Shown piece after piece: positions 39,488-48,546 of a stretch of DNA of 64,000 bases. The number at the start of each line of letters is the position of its first letter. Position 1 is the first letter of the stretch. The notes beneath the pieces are model-generated. The model had not been told where the DNA came from. It saw only the letters and a program-made list of their open reading frames with translations, and did not search any database. The position numbers and the translations under genes are program-made. Origin of the DNA: Candidatus Bathyarchaeota archaeon (GTDB lineage Archaea > Thermoproteota > Bathyarchaeia > TCS64); NCBI GenBank assembly GCA_963769425.1, contig CAVYLP010000003.1:288001-352000 (forward strand), read 5' to 3'.

Positions 39488-40751
39488 CTGCCTTGTCCCT
39501 AAATTGATATCCAAAACAAGACCCCAACCAAACACCCCACAGAACCCACTCATAAACCAAAAACCACTACAGAAAAACCTCCCCCAGCGAACAAAACACC
39601 AAACCACAGCCCAACAAACAAGAACACAAGCAGGAAACAACCTAGGAACCCCACTCACCACTAGACCACACTAGCCTCACACGTTGAAGAACGTCGGAGA
39701 CACAGCCTTCTCCGGCCGACCCAGACACTCAGCGGCCTCCCTCACCAGCACGTGACAGAGAAGACTCAGCAACGCATACACCGACACATTTGATAAACGC
39801 CTCACGTTATTCACCGTCAAGCCATACTGTGTCTTCAGGTAGCTGAACACCGACTCCACGAGAGGCCTCTTATGATACTCCCCAACCAACTCGGCGGGAC
39901 CGTGAGTTCTGAACCTCCTATCCACCCTCAACACACCCTCACCCCTCTCCCTCGACATGTAGGGTATAGCCGAAGCCCCGACCATGGCTCTCAGCGCCTT
40001 ACCACTATACTGGCTGTCCGCCACCAGGCTCCGCAGCCGAGCCCCAACCCTACCCAGAACACTACGGGTCCTCTCCACAAGAGTCGGTGCGTGTTTCTTC
40101 TCGTTGTCGTTAGCCGGAGCCAGTAAGGTGGCGAGGGGCAGCATGGTTCTGTGGTCCACAGCTACGTGGAGCTTGTACCCTAGATCGTAGCCTCTTCCGT
40201 TCCTCCCCACAAGCGCGTCCGGGTCTGAGTACGCGACTCGGCTGTCGTCGGGATGTCTTATGCTCCTAGCCTTGATGAAGCTCGCGTCCAGGAGCGCGTC
40301 TACCTCGGTGGCTCTGCTCCGCCTCAGCAACTTGATGACCTTCTCCTCGATGATCAGCTGAAGCGTCTCCGCTCCGACTCGTTTTGTGAAGCGGCTGATG
40401 ACTGACCTGGGGTAGCCTCTCTCATTCTTCTTTATTAGGCAGAGTCTCCTGAGGCGCCGGTCGACGTCCAGGATCCGGGTGAGCTCCCGGAGGCTGCGGA
40501 TGCCCTTCAACCTCATGATGAGTAGGGCTCTGAAGATGCCGAGTGGGTTCCTCGGCTTCCTGCCGGGTCCGGTGGTGTGGTAGCAGCCGATGAGCTGCTG
40601 CTGGGCAATGCTTAAGTCGACGTTTCTGAAGAGTGTTTCAAGGGTCTCGTGTTCGTCCTGTCCTATGGATTGGAACTCCTCTGGTTCCCGCCATGGGTGA
40701 CGAGACCCTTACTGTCAAGATAAGTTTATCTCTAATTTAGGGACAGGGCAG
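39488..40751 (-). mobile_element. DDE insertion sequence (IS5/IS1182-like), 18-bp TIRs, 7-bp TSD ACGCGCG
   Basis: TIRs CTGCCYTGTCCCTAAATT at 39488-39505 and 40734-40751; ACGCGCG at 39481-39487 and again on the right once the IS110 is removed. Confidence 0.9.
39677..40694 (-). CDS. DDE transposase (DDE_Tnp_1-like)
   Basis: LLDASFI, GYKLH, VADSQY, RPLVESVFSYLK; frame open to ~40708 but the ATG near 40694 is out of frame. Confidence 0.85.
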
Positions 40752-40794
40752 ACGGTATGAGAAACGTTTTCAGGAATAGACCGTGAGGGTGTCG

Positions 40795-40923
40795 CGGGTG
40801 GCCTAGGCCCGCCGCGCGCTTGGTCCCGATGAGACCCCTAGGGCAGACTGGGCCAGACCCGAGCGGCTACCCGACTGGTCCGAGGAGAGACCCGATAGGA
40901 GCGTGCCGCCCGCAGGCCACCCG
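40795..40923 (+). ncRNA. Putative bridge/seek RNA of the IS110 element
   Basis: 10-bp basal stem (40795-40804/40914-40923) enclosing two internal-loop hairpins whose loops match target and donor flanks. Confidence 0.8.
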
Positions 40924-40934
40924 AGGTGACACCC

Positions 40935-42011
40935 GTGAAATACGTTGGAATAGACGTCCATAAAAAGATGTGTCAGGCAGCCGTCCTCGACGAGGACGGG
41001 ACCCTACTCGATGAACAGCGATTCCCCAACGACCCCGAGGGAATCGAGGAGTTCGCCGGAAAGCTAACCACCTTCCGCGTCGAGATCAGAGCGGTGGTTG
41101 AGTCAACTGGGAACCTCTGGATCCAGATCCATGACAGGCTCGAGACACACGGATTCGACGTGGCCCTATCAAACCCATCAAAGACAAGGCTCATCGCCGA
41201 GGCGAAGGTGAAGACCGACAAGGTCGACGCCAGGACCCTCGCGGGGCTGCTCAGAGCAGACATGCTGCCGACCTGCTACGTGCCCGGGGAGGAGCTCCGG
41301 AGCCGACGTGAGCTCCTGAGGCACCGGCTGAATCTGGTTAAGGTCCGCACCGCTGTCAGGAACAGGATCCATGGGCTGCTCGACAAGCATGGCCTCAGGA
41401 TGCCGGAGGTGACCCACTTCAGCAAGGGCAACGTGGAGTGGCTGAAGGGGCTCAGCCTCGGCTTCATGGATGACGCCATACTGCGCAGCGACCTCGCGCT
41501 CCTCGAGACGGTGGACACTCAGGTCAATGTGATCGAGGAGAAGATCGCTGTTCTGGCTGCTGAGGATCCTAGGGTGCGGCTGCTGATGACGATGACTGGC
41601 GTCGGCTACTTCACCGCGATGATGGTGGTCTCGGAGGTCGGGGACATCGGTCGCTTCCGCGGTGAGAAGGAGTTCGCGTCGTGGATGGGGTTGGCTCCGT
41701 CGGTGCGTCAGTCGGGGGAGAAGACGAGGATGGGTGGTGTCTCTGGTCCCGGTAACAAGAGGCTGCAGTGGGCGTTGGTGGAGTCGGCTCAGACCGCGGT
41801 CAGGCACGATGCTCGGCTCGGTGGATTGTATGAGAGGCTGTCTAGGAGGAAGGGATCGGGGTGCGCTGTAGTGGCTGTTGCGCATGAGATGGCTCGGATT
41901 ATGTATTTCATGTTGGTGAGGGGTGAGGCTTATCGGGGTGAGGATAGGGGGTTGACGGAGAGAAAGCTTAAGAACCTGGGTAAGAGAGCGTTTGATGGCC
42001 TGCGGAACTGA
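40935..42011 (+). CDS. IS110-family DEDD recombinase/transposase
   Basis: GIDVHK, VESTG, KTDKVDA (DEDD); GLAPSVRQSG catalytic Ser; GAGGTGA SD before GTG 40935. Confidence 0.95.
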   Translation: MKYVGIDVHKKMCQAAVLDEDGTLLDEQRFPNDPEGIEEFAGKLTTFRVEIRAVVESTGNLWIQIHDRLETHGFDVALSNPSKTRLIAEAKVKTDKVDARTLAGLLRADMLPTCYVPGEELRSRRELLRHRLNLVKVRTAVRNRIHGLLDKHGLRMPEVTHFSKGNVEWLKGLSLGFMDDAILRSDLALLETVDTQVNVIEEKIAVLAAEDPRVRLLMTMTGVGYFTAMMVVSEVGDIGRFRGEKEFASWMGLAPSVRQSGEKTRMGGVSGPGNKRLQWALVESAQTAVRHDARLGGLYERLSRRKGSGCAVVAVAHEMARIMYFMLVRGEAYRGEDRGLTERKLKNLGKRAFDGLRN

Positions 42012-42250
42012 GTGGGTGCTGCCCGGGCACCGTGTGCTCTGAAAACGTTCTCATAGGAGCGCGCGAAGAACACGGGCATTATGAGAATAATCCGGAGCAT
42101 GAGGTTGAGACGAGGCAACTGATGAATAAACTGATTGCTATGCCGGCTTCGGATTTATTCGAAATCACAACCAAGTGACTTATTGGCAATTCTAAGTCAA
42201 ATAAGTAATTCGAATTCGAACGTTTTAATGAGATCGATGCACGTGAGCAC

Positions 42251-42934
42251 TCAAGTTGAAGCGCGCTCAACTCTAAGGATGGATGCGAGGAGGTTCTGAC
42301 ATCGTTCTGTGTTGAAGAAGTTGCATGTGCATTGGTGTGCAAGTTCAATTGAGGCCTCCAGTATGGTGAGGTGTCCCGTTCTCACCTCGCGTGTCATGTG
42401 GGCGACCAGGTATGGGGAGACCATGTGGTGGCCGCACATGGAGGTTATCTCGAGGATGCTTGTGTCCGGGAGTAGCTCTAGTCGTCCGTGGGTCCCAGCC
42501 GACATGTTGACGGTGTGTGGTTCGATCCCGGCTGCCTCGCAGGCTGACCTGACACTTCCGAATAATCCGCTGACGACGACGCTTATCCCAAGCTCAGCCT
42601 CCTTAAGCTCTGCGACGACGGCGTCCACATCCTTCTCGTCGGAGTAGACTGCGCTTCCCCATTTGATGTCTCTGAGGTCTCCGATCTCCACGAGTGTGCT
42701 GTACGGTAGCTTGCCCGAGTTGCGGGTTTCCTCCCAGCCTCTGACGTATCTGTATCGTGTCGTCTTGTCTGCCTCCATTCTTCTGCAGGATAGGCAGACT
42801 GGGTTGTGTGCGGCTAGTATCTTCATGTAGCGCTCGTGTTTTCTCGGGTCGATGAGGCGGGTGTCAGTGTTGAATACAATCCAGTCGTGCAGGAGGGACT
42901 CCGCTGTGCCCAGTCGGTGGTTGCTGTGGGTCAT
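42251..42934 (-). CDS. Hypothetical Cys-motif protein, partner of the adjacent 4Fe-4S protein
   Basis: MTHSNHR, GISVVVSGL, SMCGH, CTCNFFN; start overlaps the upstream stop. Confidence 0.75.
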   Translation of the reverse strand: MTHSNHRLGTAESLLHDWIVFNTDTRLIDPRKHERYMKILAAHNPVCLSCRRMEADKTTRYRYVRGWEETRNSGKLPYSTLVEIGDLRDIKWGSAVYSDEKDVDAVVAELKEAELGISVVVSGLFGSVRSACEAAGIEPHTVNMSAGTHGRLELLPDTSILEITSMCGHHMVSPYLVAHMTREVRTGHLTILEASIELAHQCTCNFFNTERCQNLLASILRVERAST

Positions 42935-43656
42935 GACTGCTGCCTCCCGAGGCCGATGTTTGTTTTGCCGTTTGGGCGGACCTCGATCCCTGAGGCGTTG
43001 AGGATGGGTTGGACCTCTGGTACGCCGTCTCGGCATCGTGATATGATGTCGAGGGTGAAGACGGTATCGACGTCCCTCGCCGCTTCCATGATAGTCGAGT
43101 ATATCTCTGGGGTTCTTTCCAGTGGTGCTTTGCATTCGACTATGCAGCTTAGGACACGTTCACCTCTCACTGAGGGATCTTTCAGGGCCCCGGTTCTGGT
43201 GTCGATGAGGTCAGTCCAGGGGCTTTCGGATTCGAAGCTGACGCCGAGGCTCGCGAGTCGAATGCTCACCTTCTCAGCATCGGCAAGTGATGAGCCTACT
43301 CCGGGGCGTCCCAGCTCGACTCCGATTCCTACCTCCCCCTCCCTGAAGCGGTTTGTGACGTCGTTTGTCTTCATCTCCTGTGTTCCTCGACCCGGCATCA
43401 TGGTCTTTGGGAAGACGGCGATAGGGTCGCTCCACATCGCTCTCAGTATTCTTGGCCAGATTAGCTCAGGTTGGATGTGGGCATCTGTGGGGCAGACAGC
43501 GGACTTTTTGCACTCGCCGCACTCCACGCATCTGTCCTGGTCGATGTTGGCGACGAGCGGTGTTCTTCGGAGGCTGTGTGTGAGACTGATGGCGGCGACG
43601 GTACAGTAGGGTAGACATCTGCCGCATCCGGTGCACTTCTCCGCGTCGATCTTCAT
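42931..43656 (-). CDS. 4Fe-4S dicluster domain protein
   Basis: CTGCGRCLPYC, CVECGEC...CP; GRGTQEMKTNDVT. Confidence 0.85.
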   Translation of the reverse strand: MKIDAEKCTGCGRCLPYCTVAAISLTHSLRRTPLVANIDQDRCVECGECKKSAVCPTDAHIQPELIWPRILRAMWSDPIAVFPKTMMPGRGTQEMKTNDVTNRFREGEVGIGVELGRPGVGSSLADAEKVSIRLASLGVSFESESPWTDLIDTRTGALKDPSVRGERVLSCIVECKAPLERTPEIYSTIMEAARDVDTVFTLDIISRCRDGVPEVQPILNASGIEVRPNGKTNIGLGRQQS

Positions 43657-43821
43657 TAGCTAGATGTTGTCTTTAATGGTGATATAATATAGTGTGCGTT
43701 CTTAAGCTTCAGAAGTTGAGGGTAGTCCTGGTTGGATCATCATCGCGAGTGCGCACGTGCATTCGTGCGCCTGTGTGCGATTCCATTCAAGTTTTTAATT
43801 AAGCAAATCTAAAAATCCAAT

Positions 43822-45012
43822 ATGGAAAATTATGATTACCTCATTATTGGCGGGGGGATGACAAGCGATTCAGCCGTTCAGGGTATCCGTGAGCTTGACA
43901 GCCATGGGAGAATCGGCATCATATCCTCGGAGCCTGACCCGCCCTATGATCGCCCTCCACTCAGCAAGGACCTGTGGAATGGTAAAAAGGACCTTAAGGA
44001 CATATGGAGAAAGACCAGCGATAGAGGTGTTGATCTATATCTCAAATGTATTGCACAGAGAGTGGATCCTAGTAACAAGCTAGTTTATGATGATGAAGGA
44101 AAAGCTTACCATTATGAGAAGCTGCTGCTTGCCACTGGGGGTAACCCACGTCGGCTATCCTGGGACACTTCGGGCGTCATTTACTTCCGAACTGTTGAAA
44201 CATACCGAAGATTGAGAAAGTTAGCCGATGATAACACCGATTTCTGCGTGATTGGCGGAGGTTTCATAGGTAGCGAGATCGCGGCGGCGCTGACCATGAA
44301 TCATAGAAATGTCACGATGATCCTTCAAGGCAGCGGCATATGCAGACACGTGTTCCCGGAGAGCCTTTCACAGTTTGTCACATCCTTCTATAGAGAAAAG
44401 GGTGTAAAGATACTATCCGGTGAAAGCCTATCTTCTATAGAAAAGAATGGGAACGGCTTTCGTATTCGAACCATCGGGGGACTCGACCTCAGATTTGACG
44501 TGGTTGTTGCGGGTATCGGGATTACTCCAAATACTGAGCTGGCGCTGAATGCGGGTCTGAAAGTTGAGAATGGTATCGTCGTGGATAGGTATCTCAGGAC
44601 GTCAAATTACGATATTTTTGCTGCCGGTGATGTCGCAAACTTCGAGAGCTCGTATTTGGATATGCGGATGCGGGTGGAGCATGAGGACAACGCTAACACC
44701 ATGGGGATGAGAGCTGGTAGGAATATGGTGGGTGAGAATGTTGCATATGATTATCAGCCGTTTTTCTACTCGGATATGTTTGAGTTGGGGTACGAGGCCA
44801 TAGGTGTTCTGGATTCCAAGCTTCAAACCGTTGTGGACTGGGGTGAAGAGTTCCGAAAAGGGGTGATATACTATTTGGATGAAGGCAGGATCAGGGGTGT
44901 CCTGCTTTGGAACATCTTCAAGCAGGTAGATAACGCCCGTGAGTTGATAGCCCAAAAGAAAAGGTATAGGTCGGAAGACTTGATTGGTTTATTGCCTAAA
45001 CTCAAGAAATAG
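43822..45012 (+). CDS. FAD/NAD(P)-dependent oxidoreductase (ferredoxin reductase/AIF-like)
   Basis: PYDRPPLSK, LATG, GGGFIGSE, FAAGD, PFFYSD. Confidence 0.9.
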   Translation: MENYDYLIIGGGMTSDSAVQGIRELDSHGRIGIISSEPDPPYDRPPLSKDLWNGKKDLKDIWRKTSDRGVDLYLKCIAQRVDPSNKLVYDDEGKAYHYEKLLLATGGNPRRLSWDTSGVIYFRTVETYRRLRKLADDNTDFCVIGGGFIGSEIAAALTMNHRNVTMILQGSGICRHVFPESLSQFVTSFYREKGVKILSGESLSSIEKNGNGFRIRTIGGLDLRFDVVVAGIGITPNTELALNAGLKVENGIVVDRYLRTSNYDIFAAGDVANFESSYLDMRMRVEHEDNANTMGMRAGRNMVGENVAYDYQPFFYSDMFELGYEAIGVLDSKLQTVVDWGEEFRKGVIYYLDEGRIRGVLLWNIFKQVDNARELIAQKKRYRSEDLIGLLPKLKK

Positions 45013-45051
45013 AAATATTGTGATGAAGCCCCCGCGCGCGCTCGGTAAAGA

Positions 45052-45975
45052 TCAGCGGTAGTTCACTGTGGATCGAAGGAAGGTATATTCCTTGAAGTTT
45101 CTACGCCCAATTATGTTTCCGGTGGGAGCGTTTGCGGAATGGTAGCCACTGCCTTCGAGAGAAATTGGCCTACGCTCGCCCTCAGCATTCAGAGAATCAA
45201 TAAACACAGGAGAAATAGTTACTCTAAACTCGTCCACGAGTTTATCCAGAAAGAACTCATGAGATGTCCTAGGTCCACCCTCAAGGTCAGCTAAATCTAC
45301 CCTATAGTTAACCTTCAGCCTTCTCATTAACTCGTTAACGTCCACCTGGCTATCACCAAGGATCTCGAAGATGCAGGTGTCTAATGGGTTGTAGCGAGGT
45401 GAAAGCTTCTCAGCCTCGACCATCATAGCTCTGTAGCCCTTCTTTGATGTGGCTATGATCGTTCTAGGTTCATTGATGTTGAAGATGGGATACTTCAGTT
45501 CATCGGAGTTGAACCCATTCCGCGTTAGCAGTACCCTGATCGGAGGCAGCTCCTTTCCCAGTTCACTTTTCCGGTATTCATTCATATCTCTGTATGGGAC
45601 ATTGAAGGTTGCGTTTTGCTCGACGCGTAGGATGTTTGCTCCAGCGATTATAGCGTCTGACACAGTCCATCCGAAGCATAGGCACCTGCGGTCTGCGTCT
45701 GATCCTTCCGCCTCGGGTAGTTTTCCTTTCATGTTGCCTAGGGAGATTCCTCTTCCCCCCATGCCTACGCTGCTGTCGATGTTCTTATGTTCTAAGAAGG
45801 AGACGATTCCAGTCAGGCTCATTACGTAGATGTTCCATACGTAAGGTCTTTCTTTTGGTAGCTTGGCTTCATCTATTCGATAGAATTCCTTCAACTCATC
45901 TAATGGAATAGGGTCTTCGCTGAATGATTTGTTTATGGTGATCATGAAGTATCTAAATGAATACTTGAAACCCAT
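45052..45975 (-). CDS. RibD C-terminal/DHFR-like reductase domain protein
   Basis: RPYV...MSLTG, DAIIAGA, EGGP, VDEFRVTISP. Confidence 0.7.
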   Translation of the reverse strand: MGFKYSFRYFMITINKSFSEDPIPLDELKEFYRIDEAKLPKERPYVWNIYVMSLTGIVSFLEHKNIDSSVGMGGRGISLGNMKGKLPEAEGSDADRRCLCFGWTVSDAIIAGANILRVEQNATFNVPYRDMNEYRKSELGKELPPIRVLLTRNGFNSDELKYPIFNINEPRTIIATSKKGYRAMMVEAEKLSPRYNPLDTCIFEILGDSQVDVNELMRRLKVNYRVDLADLEGGPRTSHEFFLDKLVDEFRVTISPVFIDSLNAEGERRPISLEGSGYHSANAPTGNIIGRRNFKEYTFLRSTVNYR

Positions 45976-46537
45976 GAATTTACGTTTTAAATGATCGCGC
46001 TAAATGCAACCTTCTTTTCATCGGTGAGTAACAATACGACCTCCTATCGCTTAAATCGCACTTATAATGCGGGCGCAGGCATACATTTCTTGAACTCTAG
46101 AATCCGGGATATGTATAATTCAACGAGTATGTAATAAAGCTCGTTGACAGCTATTAGTAACCAAAGGCGGTTTCGAGAAACTCACAAACTCTCCTATCCT
46201 TTCTCGGTAAAAAAAGTGCTCGTACCGTTCTGAAACAATATCCGGATTTGTTAATCGATGAGGCAGGAGCAACATTATGGAGTGACACGGCATCCCAAGT
46301 TGCTTACGCCCAGGCAAAAAGGGATTTACAGGATTGTGCAAATAGAGGTTCATTTAGAGCTAAGGAGGTACTCTTGCTATCTACAAGAGCCGAAGCCAAT
46401 GGTTCCTTCGCTTTTCTTCGCTCACACCTGAGGGCGCGGCTTACAGCAGACTCGAAGCAAAGGCCGAATTTCGAATTAGAGAAGAGATTTATATTGAATG
46501 AGATGGAAAAATGAAATGAAGAGTCTTCGCACGTGCA

Positions 46538-47839
46538 TCATTTTTCGATGCTGCGAGGGTCACGTATCTTGAAATATGCGTAAACGGCAACCGGCACCAT
46601 ACCAGCCGCCATGATAAGAAAGGGTAGTTGGGGATTCGCCTCGTACAGGGTTCCTCCAATTATCTGAGCCACGGCTAAGGGTACGAAGAGGAGGGCGCCT
46701 CCACCCCATATGTTCCCCTGTATGTCGATGAAGAAGCTCCCACTACCCACAGTAGACGTGACGCGACCCCGCCGGTTCTTCGGCGTATAATCAGCGAGCA
46801 GCGACTGAAACCCGGGAAGGAGGAAGGAGTTGAACACGGCGACGACGGCCGCGAAGGCTAAAAGGGCGTAGCCGCCCTGCAGAAAAAGGAACAAGATGGG
46901 AAATAGAGGCGTTATCGCCAGTAAAGGCACGAGCAGCTTTTTCCGCCCGACCCTGTCCATGAGCCTGCCAGCCGGCACCGCCAGGAGCATATTCACTCCC
47001 CCCTGAAGGGCTGATGTTAACCCCCAGAAGATAACGCTCACGCCAATGAACGTGGTCGCGTAGACCACCCAGTAAGAGGAAGCCAGACCTATGAAGAAAA
47101 TCTGCATGAGTTGTAGGATCGTCAGAGCCTTAACCTCGGGTGGCATCCACCTGATCGTCTCCACGAAGCTAACGTAGCCGTCCCTTAGAAAGCCCGCGAA
47201 GTCGCGGTAGTTGATCCTCTGAACCTGAGAAGAGTCCAAGGTCTCCTTCAGTGTAAAGATCCTCAGGAACGCCACGACTATACCTGCTATGAACCCCGCG
47301 AGGTAGATGAGGTTCATCGCTGGAATGATCCCCATCCTCTGCACCAGGTAGCCGCCGATGAACGGCGAGAACACACCCATCGCGGCTGGTATGCTGAGGG
47401 CGATTGCGAAGCCCTGTCCCCTCTTCCCCACCGGCATAGAGTCAGCCATGAGGACGGTGAGGATCGGCGAATAGAATAGGACGAGGTTCTGGAAGAAGCT
47501 GGCGAAGGCCAATGTCTGCCAATTGGGGGCATACGCATATGGCAGGAAGCTGAACGCGTAGACGAAGGTAGCAAGGCAGACGAGTCTCACCCGTCCCTGC
47601 TTGTCGGCGATGTAGCCACCTAACGGATAGAGGAAAATACCCGCTAGGGCTCCCGCGGACTTCACTATCCCGATGTCGACGGGAGATCCTCCGAGCTTCC
47701 CAATGTAGAGGGGGAGGTAGGTCGTCGGGATGTTTGTTGTGAATTGCCATATACAGCTGCAGACTGTTAGCCAGAGGAGGTTCCCACGAAGGAGACCTAT
47801 ACCAAATTCCTTCTTCGCGGTTACTATTTCCCCTTCCAT
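46538..47839 (-). CDS. MFS transporter
   Basis: GGYIADKQGR and GRLMDRVGRK motif A; 12 TM. Confidence 0.9.
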   Translation of the reverse strand: MEGEIVTAKKEFGIGLLRGNLLWLTVCSCIWQFTTNIPTTYLPLYIGKLGGSPVDIGIVKSAGALAGIFLYPLGGYIADKQGRVRLVCLATFVYAFSFLPYAYAPNWQTLAFASFFQNLVLFYSPILTVLMADSMPVGKRGQGFAIALSIPAAMGVFSPFIGGYLVQRMGIIPAMNLIYLAGFIAGIVVAFLRIFTLKETLDSSQVQRINYRDFAGFLRDGYVSFVETIRWMPPEVKALTILQLMQIFFIGLASSYWVVYATTFIGVSVIFWGLTSALQGGVNMLLAVPAGRLMDRVGRKKLLVPLLAITPLFPILFLFLQGGYALLAFAAVVAVFNSFLLPGFQSLLADYTPKNRRGRVTSTVGSGSFFIDIQGNIWGGGALLFVPLAVAQIIGGTLYEANPQLPFLIMAAGMVPVAVYAYFKIRDPRSIEK

Positions 47840-48002
47840 CAATCCGCCTTCGTTTGCCTCTAAGGCGCGCATCGACTATTTTAAAACGATGTGCTTGACG
47901 TCACCTAATTTATCAATCAACCAAGAAAGGCCCGCACGCGTATTCAAACACATAAGGCCGTAAGAAACAAATCACGGCCAGCACCCCCCTTCCACAAATG
48001 AG

Positions 48003-48227
48003 GTGAACCGAGTGATAATATCCCCCTACACAATAGTCGGCATCCTTCTTATCTTACTGGGAGCAGTCTTCATCGCCGTTCCATACCTCGGCGGATCAAT
48101 CGATCTCAACAAGATACCTTGGTACATCTTATGGGTGTACAGAAGCGACGGGTTCACCTTCGCAACCAGCCCCATACTCCTAATAATATCTCTGGCATCC
48201 CTCATCCTGGCTTATCTACGACACTAA
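48003..48227 (+). CDS. Small 2-TM membrane protein (DUF2905-like)
   Basis: Two TM helices with FTFATSPILL between. Confidence 0.55.
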   Translation: MNRVIISPYTIVGILLILLGAVFIAVPYLGGSIDLNKIPWYILWVYRSDGFTFATSPILLIISLASLILAYLRH

Positions 48228-48546
48228 ACTTTAAACAAATGTCTCCCCCGGATTCTCAGAGAAACAGATCCGAAGTGAGCAAGACGCACAGCCACACACA
48301 ATTTAAGGAACCAAAACGCGCGGAGCCAGCCCGAGGTGAGAGATTACAGCTACCCGTAGAAGTAGGAAGCTTTCACGAACAGCTGCTGATCCTCCAGAAA
48401 TCACCCCATGAGAAATAGTGCATCATTTCTAATTTTTAATTACTATAATGTGATAACCATCAACACAAACTAAGAATTCGCGTACGCAAAGTGCCCCTCG
48501 CGAAGGATATTAATTATACGCTAAAGCACTTCATCATGGCGTTTCT

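Larger units (their letters stand above)
40753..42061 (+). mobile_element. IS110-family element with duplicated CG core and sub-terminal inverted repeats
   Basis: CG at 40753-54 and 42060-61; IRs TATGAGAAACGTTTTCAG (40756-40773) and CTGAAAACGTTCTCATA (42039-42055). Confidence 0.9.

Noticed and set aside
39437-39661. 74-aa hydrophobic ORF
   Set aside because: Arises from the A/C-skewed non-coding tail of the IS and crosses the TIR.
46120-46514. Short ORFs between the RibD-like gene and the MFS gene
   Set aside because: No recognisable motifs; probably a fragment of a decayed gene, not supportable as a feature.
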